Source: Candidatus Woesearchaeota archaeon (GTDB lineage: Archaea > Nanobdellota > Nanobdellia > Woesearchaeales > JABGUJ01). Taken from it: a DNA stretch of 64,000 nt. The stretch covers positions 317,534-381,533 of the forward strand of contig JABGUJ010000001.1 in the NCBI GenBank assembly GCA_018646625.1. Direction: 5' to 3'. This document shows, piece after piece, positions 30,856-41,397 of this stretch; the stretch's first letter is position 1, and each line of letters starts with the position of its first letter. Under the pieces are notes generated by a model. It was given only the letters and a program-made list of their open reading frames with translations. It did no database searches and had not been told where the DNA came from. The position numbers and the translations under genes were made by a program.

Positions 30856-31755
30856 TTAGAGCCTTATTTTCATGAAATCTTCACCAGCTACAACATTATC
30901 AAAAACAGTTCTTGCATCTTCAATTAATGGCAAAGGTTCTTTGTAACGTTGAGAAAAATGATTCAAAACTAATTTCTTTGCCCCTGCTTGATTTGCCAAC
31001 AAACCAGCTTGTTGCGCGGTCATATGCTTATAGCCTTCAGCTTTGTCTAGTTTACTACTTTCATAAGTTGCTTCACAAACTACAACATCCGCATTCTCTG
31101 CTAAATCAACAGCGCTCGGACAAAATTCAGTATCTGCAACATAAGTAAACTTCTTACCTTCAACAATATAAGTAGCTTTTTCAACGTCTATCTCAGTTCC
31201 CTTGTAAGTAATAGATTCTCCTTTAGACAGCTTTTTCAAATGCGGACCATCGGGCACATTCATTTTCTTCATATGCGCAGTATCAATTCTTCTTCTATCT
31301 TTACTCACAAAACTATATCCGATGCATGGTAAACCATGTTCTAATGGGGCACACTCTAGATAGTAATCTTCATTTTCATAAAACATTTCGACGCCTTTAG
31401 GATCTAATTCGTACACTCTAATATCCATTTTAGAACTAAAAATTGTTGCTTTCATCAAATGTTCAATTCTCATCTTAGTATCTCTTGGACCCCAAATATC
31501 AATTCTAGGATTTTCTTCGCTATTTGATTTTGTTTGCATTAATCCAAGTAAACCTGAAACATGATCTCCATGCCAATGAGTAATTAGAATTTTAGTTACC
31601 GCAGTACGTTTAATACCTGTAATATTCATCTGCCTCTGAGTACCTTCACCACAGTCAAACAAAAGTCCTTCGGACTTATATTGCAAGAAAATACCCGCAA
31701 CATTTCTTTCCTTTGTCGGCACCATACAAGAAGTACCCAATAATGTAATTTGCAT
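30856..31755 (-). CDS. rnz: Ribonuclease Z
   Basis: LGTS...PT..RN, DCGEGTQ, THWHGDH, HFSQRY. Confidence 0.95.
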   Translation of the reverse strand: MQITLLGTSCMVPTKERNVAGIFLQYKSEGLLFDCGEGTQRQMNITGIKRTAVTKILITHWHGDHVSGLLGLMQTKSNSEENPRIDIWGPRDTKMRIEHLMKATIFSSKMDIRVYELDPKGVEMFYENEDYYLECAPLEHGLPCIGYSFVSKDRRRIDTAHMKKMNVPDGPHLKKLSKGESITYKGTEIDVEKATYIVEGKKFTYVADTEFCPSAVDLAENADVVVCEATYESSKLDKAEGYKHMTAQQAGLLANQAGAKKLVLNHFSQRYKEPLPLIEDARTVFDNVVAGEDFMKIRL

Positions 31756-31813
31756 AGATCTATTCACCTAGAGTTGCATTATTAATAGTTACGGTTTCAA
31801 CCGCCAACAAAGG

Positions 31814-31835
31814 TTATTTTCCATATGGAAAATAA
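31814..31835. promoter_or_regulatory. Perfect 22-bp palindrome, putative operator
   Basis: TTATTTTCCATATGGAAAATAA between divergent rnz and endA. Confidence 0.55.
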
Positions 31836-31893
31836 ATAACCAACACATCTAACTATATAAACATTTAAAAAAGAGACAAAGAACAGAGAAACC

Positions 31894-32427
31894 ATGGTAA
31901 AAAAAGAATTAATCAAAGCCAGCTTAATGGAAGATAAAGTGCTCTGTGAAAATTGTGATGAAGCAAGAGAACTTTACAACATAAGCAGATTTGGAGAAAT
32001 AAAAAGAAAAAAGCTGGAGTTATCTTTGATTGAAGCATTTTACCTAATGGAAAAAGAAAAGATCGTAGTGCTTGATGGAAGAAACAAACCTATGAGCCAC
32101 GAATCTTATATGAAAAAAGCAAAAAAGCGAGAACCAAATTTCTGGATTAGATATTCTGTTTTTAGCGATTTTAGGGATCGTGGTTACATCATCAAAACTG
32201 CTTTGAAATTTGGAGCAGACTTCAGAGTATATGATAGAGGTGTAAAGCCTGGAGAAGATCACGCTAAATGGGTTGTATTTCCGGTAAGTGAGGGTAACAC
32301 CCTAACATGGCATGAATTCTCAGCAAAAAATAGAGTGGCACACTCAACAAAAAAAAGACTTCTTTTAGGAATTGTGGATGCAGAAGGCGACGTAGTCTAC
32401 TACGAAACTCGTTGGATTCGACCTTGA
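31894..32427 (+). CDS. endA: tRNA splicing endonuclease (short alpha4 type)
   Basis: LSLIEAFYL, LKFGADFRVY, H, RVAHSTKK catalytic triad. Confidence 0.95.
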   Translation: MVKKELIKASLMEDKVLCENCDEARELYNISRFGEIKRKKLELSLIEAFYLMEKEKIVVLDGRNKPMSHESYMKKAKKREPNFWIRYSVFSDFRDRGYIIKTALKFGADFRVYDRGVKPGEDHAKWVVFPVSEGNTLTWHEFSAKNRVAHSTKKRLLLGIVDAEGDVVYYETRWIRP

Positions 32428-32473
32428 GTCAACTTCCAAAAATATATAAACTCCTACAAATAAATTATTAGCT

Positions 32474-33409
32474 ATGGACATTGCCAACTTTGCCAAAATT
32501 GCACAAGACAAAGGCAAGTTTCTACAATTCATTGAATCTCGAGGACCCATTCTACCTGTAGATCTGGCCAAAGCCATGAAAATAGACTCAATGTTTGCAG
32601 GCGCAATTCTTTCTGAACTCCTATCCAACAAACAAATTAAAATCTCAACTGCAAAGATAGGCGGATCTCCCGTATACTATACCAAAGGCCAAGAATCAAA
32701 ATTAGAAATTCTCTATGATCACTTACCAGAAAAAGTGAGAAGAACCTATGATATTTTGAAAGAGAGTAAAATATTGAAAGATAAAGAAATGGGGCCTGTA
32801 GAAAGAACTGCACTAAGAGAGCTAAAAGATTTTGCAATAATGCTAAACGTTACGGCGGGGGAAGAACAACTAGTATTCTGGAAATGGCACCTATTGGCCG
32901 ATGAAGAGGCTGCAACAATCATAAAGAAAAAGCTGGGTTTAGTTAAAGAGAAAAAAGAGCCACCGAAGCCAATCAAAGAAGAAAAGATCGAACCCCCTAA
33001 ACCAATACCTGAACCAAAAAAACCAGAAATCAAAAAACCAGTACCCAAAATAGAAAAACAAAAACAACTATCTCCAACAGAAAGTACAATTACAGAAACT
33101 GATGACTTTCTAAACATAATTAACTCATATTTCAAAAACAACAATATCGCAGTTCACAGCACAGAAGTCATTAGAAAAAATTCAGATGTCGAATTAGTTA
33201 TAGAAATACCAAGCGTTTTTGGAGAACTACAATATTTCTGTAAAGCCAAGAATAAAAAGAAATGCAATGATGGTGATTTAAGTTCGGCATTCATCAGATC
33301 TCAAAGCCTCAAACTCCCAATTATTTTTCTCACAACTGGTGAGATTACAAAAAGAGCTCAAGAAATGCTTGAAAAAGAATTCAAAGGCATGACTTTGAAA
33401 AAGCTCTAA
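32474..33409 (+). CDS. Hypothetical protein (N-terminal wHTH-like, P/K linker, C-terminal nuclease-like fold)
   Basis: GPILPVDLAKAM...LSELL; PKP linker; inference only. Confidence 0.65.
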   Translation: MDIANFAKIAQDKGKFLQFIESRGPILPVDLAKAMKIDSMFAGAILSELLSNKQIKISTAKIGGSPVYYTKGQESKLEILYDHLPEKVRRTYDILKESKILKDKEMGPVERTALRELKDFAIMLNVTAGEEQLVFWKWHLLADEEAATIIKKKLGLVKEKKEPPKPIKEEKIEPPKPIPEPKKPEIKKPVPKIEKQKQLSPTESTITETDDFLNIINSYFKNNNIAVHSTEVIRKNSDVELVIEIPSVFGELQYFCKAKNKKKCNDGDLSSAFIRSQSLKLPIIFLTTGEITKRAQEMLEKEFKGMTLKKL

Positions 33410-33477
33410 AATAGAAAAGTATTTATAGTCTCCCTCGTCGATAAATTCACTAAAAAATAGAGGGAGGAACGAAGTCT

Positions 33478-34194
33478 ATGAAATCAAATATTGTTAGCGC
33501 ATTAAGTATATTAGTTGTACTTTTATCCATTTTAGGTTGTGCAGAGGTTCAACAAACTATTGAAGAACCCGCACAAGAACCAGTTATTGAAACATCAGAG
33601 CCGGTTATCATTGAAGAAAAACAACAAATAACAGTAACACCCGTTGATGAAGATACTTCTGTCATCATTACCAAACCCGAAGAGGAACTAGAACCAGAAG
33701 TAAACATCACCACACCAAGTAATGAAACAGTAGAAGAGTATACTTTAAGCCAAGAAGAAATAGAAAAACTAGGAAACCATAAACTAGGAGAGGAAAGATC
33801 TGTTATTGCTAGCGGATTCAGAAAGATGAAACTTGGCGAAACGTACGTTTTCGGAATAAAAGTAAGAAACGTATACCACTACGATTCAAATTTTAGTTTA
33901 AGACTAGAATCATACACAACTGAACAAAAAGAAGGAATGAGCTTCAGCGAAGTACATTATTCGAAAAACGTAGAAAGATGGTTTAAAAACGACGAATTTA
34001 AAAACTTCAAAGTGGAAAAGAACTCTGAAGTATTAATTCCTATAGCGATTGAAGTTGGATCAACACTAAAGCCTGAAGAACCCGTTAAAGACGGTACAAG
34101 GGTAACATACAACTTTGAACTTGTTATTGTTGATGAAAACTCAAAACCAATAGAAACCTACAGCTACGAAACAATTGTTATAAGAGTTGTTTAA
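33478..34194 (+). CDS. Putative lipoprotein, paralog family B
   Basis: ILGC lipobox, E/P/T linker, beta-rich C-terminal domain ending IRVV. Confidence 0.75.
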   Translation: MKSNIVSALSILVVLLSILGCAEVQQTIEEPAQEPVIETSEPVIIEEKQQITVTPVDEDTSVIITKPEEELEPEVNITTPSNETVEEYTLSQEEIEKLGNHKLGEERSVIASGFRKMKLGETYVFGIKVRNVYHYDSNFSLRLESYTTEQKEGMSFSEVHYSKNVERWFKNDEFKNFKVEKNSEVLIPIAIEVGSTLKPEEPVKDGTRVTYNFELVIVDENSKPIETYSYETIVIRVV

Positions 34195-34206
34195 AGGGGG
34201 TTAAAA

Positions 34207-34872
34207 ATGAAAAAACTAATAGCATTATTTGCAATTCTCGCAGTCTGCATATTTTTAACAGCATGCGGTGAATCCACAGTTCAACCTACTAAAACAATAG
34301 AAAGCACTCCTGATGCAGAAGTAGTAGCAGAGCCAGAAGTTGAACCAGAACCTGTTGTTGAAGAACCGGAGATAGTAGAAGAACCTGAAGCAGTTCCAGA
34401 AGTGAGTGAAGTTCCAACAGAACTAACTGACTTGGAAATTGAGGCTGCAAGAAGCTCTATAAAAGGCGCTACAAGAGCAAAAGTCTATCCTGCATTCAAA
34501 AATCTGAAAGTTGGAGAAACAGGAATCTTTGGATTGGCAATAAAAAACACCAAACCAAAAGCCTACCAATACACGATAGAAATAAGAGATGTTTCTCTTG
34601 AAGAAAAAATTGGTTCCGGCAGTTATCAAAGAATAAATGATGACATAGACATAACTAGCTGGTTAGATGAAAATTACTTAAGCAACTTTGAAATTGCTGC
34701 AAACGAAGTAGGAGTCCTTCAATTAACCATTACTGCTAAAGATATGGTTAAAGCAGACTTAGAAACTAGACCTGGAATGAGAATAAAACTCTTCATAGAC
34801 GTTTTTGAGTACGACGGAGGCTTTACAGAACAAGCAGGCAAAGCAGAGCTTGATATTAGGGTTGTAGAATAA
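34207..34872 (+). CDS. Putative lipoprotein, paralog family B
   Basis: LTAC lipobox, EPE linker, K.GET..FG..I/V.N shared with upstream gene, ends IRVVE. Confidence 0.75.
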   Translation: MKKLIALFAILAVCIFLTACGESTVQPTKTIESTPDAEVVAEPEVEPEPVVEEPEIVEEPEAVPEVSEVPTELTDLEIEAARSSIKGATRAKVYPAFKNLKVGETGIFGLAIKNTKPKAYQYTIEIRDVSLEEKIGSGSYQRINDDIDITSWLDENYLSNFEIAANEVGVLQLTITAKDMVKADLETRPGMRIKLFIDVFEYDGGFTEQAGKAELDIRVVE

Positions 34873-34929
34873 ACCCTTCTTTTTCTATTTTTCACTAATT
34901 TTATAAATAAACCTTTCAAAAGATAACAT

Positions 34930-35964
34930 ATGGGAGTACAAATAACGAACCTTCTAACAAGCAGAGATACTTCAATAGATGAACTTGCAGGAAAAACATT
35001 CGCAGTAGACTCATACAACATGCTATATCAATTTCTAACTACTTTGAGAACATATGATGGATCTCCGCTAAGAGACTCAAAAGGAAACATCACATCACAC
35101 ATATCTGGACTATTTAGCAGAACAATTAGCTTCATGAGCAAAGGACTAAAGTTAGCGTTCGTGTTTGATGGTGAAGCCCCAGTACTAAAGCAAAAAGAAC
35201 GAGAAAGAAGAGCTGAAATAAAAAAAGCCGCCGAAGCACAATATGAAATTGCTAAAGAACGTAAAGATGTTGAAGGTATGAAAAAGTTTGCGGGCAGAAC
35301 TGCAAGATTAACAAAAGAAATGGTTGATGAGACAAAAGAACTTCTTGAAGCGTTTGGTCTTCCTGTTATTCAAGCACCATCAGAAGGTGAAGCTCAAGCT
35401 GCACGCATGTGCAGTAATGGAGATGTTTACGCACTTATCTCTCAAGATACTGATTGTTTAGCATTCGGCACTCCAAGAATGGTGAAAAATTTATCTGTTA
35501 GTCAAAGAAAAAAGATGAACAGCAAACTAAGTTATGAATCCGTAAAACCTCAATTATTAGAACTAGAAGTTAATCTAAAAAACCTTGAATTAACTAGAGA
35601 TCAACTTATCGCATTAATGATGTTAGTAGGTACTGATTTTAATATTGGCGGAATAAAAGGAATAGGTCCAAAAAATGGATTAAAACTAGTTAAAGAACAC
35701 AAAGATGACTTTAACACGTTATTCAAAGAAGTGAAATGGTCTGACTTCTTCGACTATGATTGGAATGACGTATTTAATACAATAAAAGACATGCCTGTAA
35801 CTGATGATTACAAGCTTGAGTGGAAACCAATCAATGAAGATAAGATCTACGAAATTCTTCATGAAAGACACGAATTTTCAAAAGAGAGAATCAAACACTC
35901 ATTAGATAAATTAAACAAAATCAAAGACGCACAATCACAAAAAGGTCTTGGAGACTTTATGTAA
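34930..35964 (+). CDS. fen: Flap endonuclease 1
   Basis: LYQFL, FVFDG, APSEGEAQAA, GTDFN.GGIKGIGPK, PIP box QKGLGDF. Confidence 0.97.
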   Translation: MGVQITNLLTSRDTSIDELAGKTFAVDSYNMLYQFLTTLRTYDGSPLRDSKGNITSHISGLFSRTISFMSKGLKLAFVFDGEAPVLKQKERERRAEIKKAAEAQYEIAKERKDVEGMKKFAGRTARLTKEMVDETKELLEAFGLPVIQAPSEGEAQAARMCSNGDVYALISQDTDCLAFGTPRMVKNLSVSQRKKMNSKLSYESVKPQLLELEVNLKNLELTRDQLIALMMLVGTDFNIGGIKGIGPKNGLKLVKEHKDDFNTLFKEVKWSDFFDYDWNDVFNTIKDMPVTDDYKLEWKPINEDKIYEILHERHEFSKERIKHSLDKLNKIKDAQSQKGLGDFM

Positions 35965-35965
35965 A

Positions 35966-37003
35966 ATGCTAGTTATCAAAATCCCACTAAAAATAGCAAA
36001 CAAAGTACAGGAATTCATTAGAAAAGATGATTTATCTGTAAAGGATTATGATTTTTATAAAGATAAAGAGAATCTATACTTGGCAGTAAACGAAAGTAAA
36101 GAGATATTAAACAAATTCCCAGATGTAAAGACATCAAAGAAAGAATTAACAAAACGTAGAAGAACTCCTACTACATTAAAAGAAGCTTTGAAAGACGACA
36201 TACCTAAAGAACTATTATCAAATCTAAAAACTGCTTTCGACACTGTCGGCGATATCGCAATAATAGAAGTAGATGAAGAATTAAAAAAATATGAAAAAAT
36301 TATTGCTACAAAACTTCTAGAAATAAATAAACAACTGAAAGTTGTTACAAAAAAAGAAGGAATTCATGGTGGTACGTTTAGAACTCAGAAACTAAAGGTT
36401 CTGGCAGGAGAAGAACGAAAAGAGACTATATATACTGAAAATAATTGTAGATTAAAATTAAATGTTGAAGAAGTATATTTCTCTCCAAGATTAAGTACAG
36501 AACGAAAAAGAATTATGAAACTAGTGAAAAAAGGAGAGAACATCCTTGTCATGTTCTGCGGCTGCGCACCATATCCTTGCGTTTTAGCAAAGAACTCCGA
36601 AGCCAGACATATAACAGGCATAGAAATAAACCCGCAAGGACACAAATACGGATTAGAGAACATAAAACTAAACAAATTAACAAATGTAGACTTAATAAAC
36701 GCAGACGCTACCAAAGTAATGCCTTTGGAAGAAAACAACAAGCCAATAATTTTTGACAGAATCCTTATGCCTTTACCTAAGTCCGCAGAAGATTTTTTAG
36801 ATGCAGCATTGAGTAACGCAGGCAAAAACACAATAATTCATTTCTATGACTTTTTACATGAAAGTGAGTTTCATCTTGCAATAGAAAAAATAGAAAAAGC
36901 GTGTAAAAGAAATAAATTAAAACACGAAGTTATTGGAACATACAAGTGCGGTAATCACGCACCAAGGGTGTTTCGAATCTGTGTGGACTTTAAGATAAAA
37001 TGA
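35966..37003 (+). CDS. trm5: tRNA (guanine37-N1)-methyltransferase Trm5 family
   Basis: GDIAI, VYFSPRLSTER, EINP, DRILMPLP. Confidence 0.88.
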   Translation: MLVIKIPLKIANKVQEFIRKDDLSVKDYDFYKDKENLYLAVNESKEILNKFPDVKTSKKELTKRRRTPTTLKEALKDDIPKELLSNLKTAFDTVGDIAIIEVDEELKKYEKIIATKLLEINKQLKVVTKKEGIHGGTFRTQKLKVLAGEERKETIYTENNCRLKLNVEEVYFSPRLSTERKRIMKLVKKGENILVMFCGCAPYPCVLAKNSEARHITGIEINPQGHKYGLENIKLNKLTNVDLINADATKVMPLEENNKPIIFDRILMPLPKSAEDFLDAALSNAGKNTIIHFYDFLHESEFHLAIEKIEKACKRNKLKHEVIGTYKCGNHAPRVFRICVDFKIK

Positions 37004-37389
37004 AAGATGTTCAAAAAGCAGTAATAAAAAAAGACGACAAATTTCTAATTTTACTAAGATCAAAAACCGCAGACTTTTTTCCAGATTATTGGGATTTTCC
37101 AGGAGGAAAGCTAGAACCAAACGAAATACCTGAAGAAGGTATAGAAAGAGAAGTAAAAGAAGAAACAACTTTAACAATAAAAGCCAAAGAGGTTGTTGGA
37201 GTATACGAATACGATCTAACAAACTGCGGCCATAACGATTTCAGATTTACTGTATATAACATAGAAATTCTAGAAGGAAAAGTAAAAATAGGATTTGAAC
37301 ACCAAGAGTTCAAATGGGCCACAAAGGAAGAAGTTCTAAATCTCAGGATAGAGCCCTTCTTAATTGAATATTTTAAAGAACACCCATAG
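37000..37389 (+). CDS. NUDIX hydrolase (MutT-like)
   Basis: WDFPGGKLE...EREVKEET. Confidence 0.9.
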   Translation: MKDVQKAVIKKDDKFLILLRSKTADFFPDYWDFPGGKLEPNEIPEEGIEREVKEETTLTIKAKEVVGVYEYDLTNCGHNDFRFTVYNIEILEGKVKIGFEHQEFKWATKEEVLNLRIEPFLIEYFKEHP

Positions 37390-37419
37390 CTTTAAATAAC
37401 AACAAAAGTCGTAAGGTGG

Positions 37420-37488
37420 GTGTGCAATGATTAAGTGAACACCGGTCGAGCGCAAGCGATGAGATTCGGAAGTAACTGCTGAGCACAC
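37420..37488 (+). ncRNA. Box C/D guide sRNA
   Basis: Terminal stem GTGTGC/GCACAC; box C ATGATTA (37427), D' TCGA, GC-GCAA-GC hairpin, C' ATGAGAT, box D CTGA (37479); TATA TTTAAATA at 37391. Confidence 0.8.
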
Positions 37489-37496
37489 AGCATTTT

Positions 37497-38843
37497 CTAA
37501 AATGATAATCTATACTTAGAAACTATTGCTCCAACTCCCAAACCCAAACAAGACGCAAGTATTGCACCGAAAACATACACTGGTTGAAATTCTCCTTTAA
37601 TTAAAGACAACGCCAACAAAATTACGAATGCAACAGTACCGAAAATCATTGAATAGTATAAAGTAGATGCCTTAACCTTGCCTTTAACCCATGTAGCTAT
37701 TGCTGCCACCGATAAAACAGAAGTTACGGCCGCAAAAAACGCGCCCAGCACTAGATCCTGAACCAATACTGCCAATACAACTGCCAACAAACAAAGAACA
37801 AACATAACTTTTCTAATGTTACTAACCATTTGAGATTTGGTATAATGAAACAGATCTTGTACGACAGATGATGATGCAGTAAAAACATAAGTATCAATAG
37901 AACTCATAATTGCTGCAAACAACAATACAACTGCCAGCCCCACTAAACCTGGAGGCAACAGATTCTGAAATGCATGAATTAATGCTAAATCCTGATCTAC
38001 ACCAGGAAATTTCGCTTTAACAACCAAAGCAACCATCCCAAGCAAAGCACCAAAGATTGCATAAACAATAGACGACAAGATAAATCCTTTTTTCAAAGAA
38101 GCAACATTTTTAGTCGAATACACTCTCTGCCAAAGCTCAGGCATTCCAAAAGGCAACATAACCCCAAACAAAAAGAACCCAACAATTGTAGCAATTCCTC
38201 CACCAAACAAATTCCATTCCGCTAGTGGAATCACTCCAACATCAAATATCATAACGGCCAATATTACTAGCAAAACAAACATTGCACCATATTGAATCAC
38301 ATCTGTTTTCACTACTGCTTTGAATCCGCCAAGTAACAAATATACTAAAACAATAGCAACCATGATCAAAGCGCACAACCAAAACGGCCAGCCTGTAAAA
38401 AATACAAATATCTTTGTACCTGCCATTAAATTAAGAGACAAGAAACCAAACATCAGAAATATAGTCAATGCAGAAGCAAACCCTGCAACTTTTTTTCCAT
38501 AATTATGTTTAAAGTAATCAGATAAAGTATAATATCTCTCACCAGAATGTGATCTTAACTTTAATGCGAATGGCAAAAAAACCAAAACACCTAATGCCAT
38601 TCCAATAAAATACCAGATTGCGGAAAATCCCCAAAGATAAACCATTGCGACAAAGATCATAATTATTGATCCGGTCTTGCTGGCATTCACAGTAGCCATA
38701 GTACTCCACGCACCAAGTTTCCTTTCTGCAATTAAGAAATCTTCATCACTTTGTTTTCTAGATGAGATATAACCTATCACAACCAAAACCACGAAATAGG
38801 CAACTACCAACAATAAATCCCACATTGACAACATATTATCCAT
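37497..38843 (-). CDS. Sodium:solute symporter family protein
   Basis: Many TMs, DFLIAERK, GGFKAVVKTDVIQ, WQRVY, AAIMSSID. Confidence 0.9.
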   Translation of the reverse strand: MDNMLSMWDLLLVVAYFVVLVVIGYISSRKQSDEDFLIAERKLGAWSTMATVNASKTGSIIMIFVAMVYLWGFSAIWYFIGMALGVLVFLPFALKLRSHSGERYYTLSDYFKHNYGKKVAGFASALTIFLMFGFLSLNLMAGTKIFVFFTGWPFWLCALIMVAIVLVYLLLGGFKAVVKTDVIQYGAMFVLLVILAVMIFDVGVIPLAEWNLFGGGIATIVGFFLFGVMLPFGMPELWQRVYSTKNVASLKKGFILSSIVYAIFGALLGMVALVVKAKFPGVDQDLALIHAFQNLLPPGLVGLAVVLLFAAIMSSIDTYVFTASSSVVQDLFHYTKSQMVSNIRKVMFVLCLLAVVLAVLVQDLVLGAFFAAVTSVLSVAAIATWVKGKVKASTLYYSMIFGTVAFVILLALSLIKGEFQPVYVFGAILASCLGLGVGAIVSKYRLSF

Positions 38844-38924
38844 TTGAAATATCCTCGTAAACTGCCTAAAACGCCCTAATTATTAACAAAACATCAAGAC
38901 CAACTAAAGTATATAAACCTTTGT

Positions 38925-38944
38925 TGTTGTGATAAACCACAACA
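38925..38944. promoter_or_regulatory. Inverted-repeat operator between divergent TATA boxes
   Basis: TGTTGTG-ATAAAC-CACAACA between the symporter and the TrmB regulator. Confidence 0.6.
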
Positions 38945-38974
38945 TTATTATACAACCAGAACAACAACCAGATC

Positions 38975-39694
38975 ATGCAAATTGAAAACTTAATGGAAGC
39001 CGGCTTAACAAAACATCAAGCGGAAGTATACTTAGAAGTTCTAAAAGGGCCTGGAAGAAGTGGCGGTGAATTAGCTAAACGACTCTCAATAGATAGATCA
39101 TTTGCATACAATATCCTTAATGCACTGATAGACAAAGGACTGGTCAGCCACATCACAGAAAAGAACATAAGATTATTTTATCCGTCCGATCCTGAAAATT
39201 TATTAAATGAAATTGAAGAAAAAAGAACAAAAGTTTCTACAATAATTGAAGAATTAAAAAAAATCAATGCACAAACAAAAGAATCCCGTGCAGTTACAGT
39301 TTACGAAGGTAAAGCGGGCGTTAAAATATACGCGAGAGAATGTGTAGAGCGAGATTCATTCTGCCTTTTAGGTGGTGGAGAACGCCCCGGCATACTAGAC
39401 ACATTAAAATCAGACTTCCCTCACTATCTAAATCTGTTTGAGAATAAAAAAACCAAAGGCAGAGCCATAACTTCTAATAGTTTTAGAAAAATCATGGATA
39501 ACCTATTTGAAAAAAGTGAGATAAAAGTTAGAACTCTTCCTAATCTAAAAACCAGGGCAAGCTTTACAATATTCAAAGATAAAATAGCTATCTGTTCTAC
39601 AGAAGAAAAAGCAATGGTAATAATGATAGAAGATAAAAACGTTGCAGAAACACTACAATGCTACTTTGATAATTTATGGAAGATAGCTAATTAA
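38975..39694 (+). CDS. TrmB-family transcriptional regulator
   Basis: GLTKHQAEVY..L, HTH, YEG..G, FDNLW. Confidence 0.88.
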   Translation: MQIENLMEAGLTKHQAEVYLEVLKGPGRSGGELAKRLSIDRSFAYNILNALIDKGLVSHITEKNIRLFYPSDPENLLNEIEEKRTKVSTIIEELKKINAQTKESRAVTVYEGKAGVKIYARECVERDSFCLLGGGERPGILDTLKSDFPHYLNLFENKKTKGRAITSNSFRKIMDNLFEKSEIKVRTLPNLKTRASFTIFKDKIAICSTEEKAMVIMIEDKNVAETLQCYFDNLWKIAN

Positions 39695-40857
39695 CCAAAC
39701 ATTCTCATAAAGTCTTCGCCTTCTTCTTCTTCTTCACGCTTAACTTTAACAACCGCTTCCAAGAAATCTTTTCCAGTTACTTTTGTTCTATTAGCGCGAA
39801 TAGCAAAGTAACCTGCTTCAGTACAGACCGCCTTAATCTCGGCACCAGAATATCCTTCAAGTTCTTTGTAGATCTTATCAAGATTGGCTTTTTTATCCAC
39901 AGTCATGTTACGAGTGTGGATCGAGAAGATTTTAACAATACCTTCCTTATCTGGATTTGGAACCTTTATCAACCTATCCAGCCTACCTGGACGCGTCACC
40001 GCAGGATCAAGGATATCTTTTCTGTTCGTACAACCAATAATTTTTACGTTGTCCAAACTCTTGAACCCATCAATTTCTGCTAATAACTGCATAAACGTTC
40101 TCTGAACTTCTCTCTCACCCGAGGTTCCGATCTCTATCCTAGTTGCAGCTAATGCATCAATCTCATCAATGAATATAATGGAAGGCGCCTTCTCTCTTGC
40201 CAAGTCAAATACTTCTTTAACTAACTTAGCACCTTCTCCAATAAATTTCTGAACCAACTCAGAACCAACAAGTTCTATGAATGTTGAATTAGTAGAAGAC
40301 GCAACCGCCTTTGCAAGTAATGTTTTACCAGTACCGGGAGTACCATACAACAAAATACCTTTTGGCGGATGGATTCCGACTTTCTTAAACAACGCAGGCT
40401 TGAGAAGTGGAAGTTCAATAACTTCTCTAATTTCTTCAGCCTGATTATCCAATCCACCCACATCATCCCAACTCACAGTAGGTTTGTCTATGATGACAAA
40501 CTTTTCAATATTAAATTTCTTCCTTCCTGGAATTTTCTTAAGAACTGTTAAGTTTTTTTGTTCAACTAAAACCGCATCGTCCGATTTAAGACCAGGACAG
40601 TCTGGCCCTTTCTCAACAAAAAATTCATTACCATTATTTAATCTTACAAGAACATTCTCATCTAGCATTTCTCTAACTTCTGCGACCAACAAAGGTGGTT
40701 TTTGAAACATATCAAGCTGCTTTTGTGCTCTAGACAACTCAGATCTTAGATTAATCACAGTCTGTTGAAGCATCTTATTCTCGTCTTCCAAGCCGTTGGC
40801 ATCCACACTATAGCTACCAATAATTCTGTTTAGAATCTCCTTATCCTCGTTCGCCAT
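39691..40857 (-). CDS. pan: Proteasome-activating nucleotidase
   Basis: N-terminal coiled coil, [36 protein letters not shown]-terminal MFG. Confidence 0.95.
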   Translation of the reverse strand: MANEDKEILNRIIGSYSVDANGLEDENKMLQQTVINLRSELSRAQKQLDMFQKPPLLVAEVREMLDENVLVRLNNGNEFFVEKGPDCPGLKSDDAVLVEQKNLTVLKKIPGRKKFNIEKFVIIDKPTVSWDDVGGLDNQAEEIREVIELPLLKPALFKKVGIHPPKGILLYGTPGTGKTLLAKAVASSTNSTFIELVGSELVQKFIGEGAKLVKEVFDLAREKAPSIIFIDEIDALAATRIEIGTSGEREVQRTFMQLLAEIDGFKSLDNVKIIGCTNRKDILDPAVTRPGRLDRLIKVPNPDKEGIVKIFSIHTRNMTVDKKANLDKIYKELEGYSGAEIKAVCTEAGYFAIRANRTKVTGKDFLEAVVKVKREEEEEGEDFMRMFG

Positions 40858-40911
40858 AGTACCTCATCAACCCATCATTGATATATAAAGCTTCTTGTTT
40901 AAGAATGAAAA

Positions 40912-41277
40912 CTAAGAATTGGAAAAAGACCAACTCAGATGAGAAACTTCTGCACAATCTATTTCAGTCAAATTCACCTCGGGACTGCCAGGAGTATAAA
41001 TCCAAGATTGTTCATAACACCTACACTCACCACACTCTCCGAAACAGAAATGAGAAGTAGAACCAATCTTAACATCGCTAAACAAAAAACCATCACAATC
41101 ACAATTAATTTGGTGTCCCGCCGTGCCCCCATATCCGCAAGTTTCAGAAAATGGTTTTAAAACAGGGGTGATCGCCACTTGATTCCAAAAGAATTTTCCA
41201 CCGGGAGTAAAGAAAGATAAAACAATCAACAAAACCAATAAACATAGCAGTCCTAATAACGCTCTCTTCCACATCAT
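40912..41277 (-). CDS. Small membrane-anchored or secreted Cys-rich protein
   Basis: N-terminal hydrophobic helix; 8 Cys in the predicted external part. Confidence 0.65.
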   Translation of the reverse strand: MMWKRALLGLLCLLVLLIVLSFFTPGGKFFWNQVAITPVLKPFSETCGYGGTAGHQINCDCDGFLFSDVKIGSTSHFCFGECGECRCYEQSWIYTPGSPEVNLTEIDCAEVSHLSWSFSNS

Positions 41278-41397
41278 ATAACAGCTACAAGACCCAAGAC
41301 TTAAAATAACTTACCATAACTTCAAACAGAATTAAACATAAACCATACAAAAATTTATATAGATTCCAAAAAGAAGGAAAAAGTAAGGTGATTAAAC

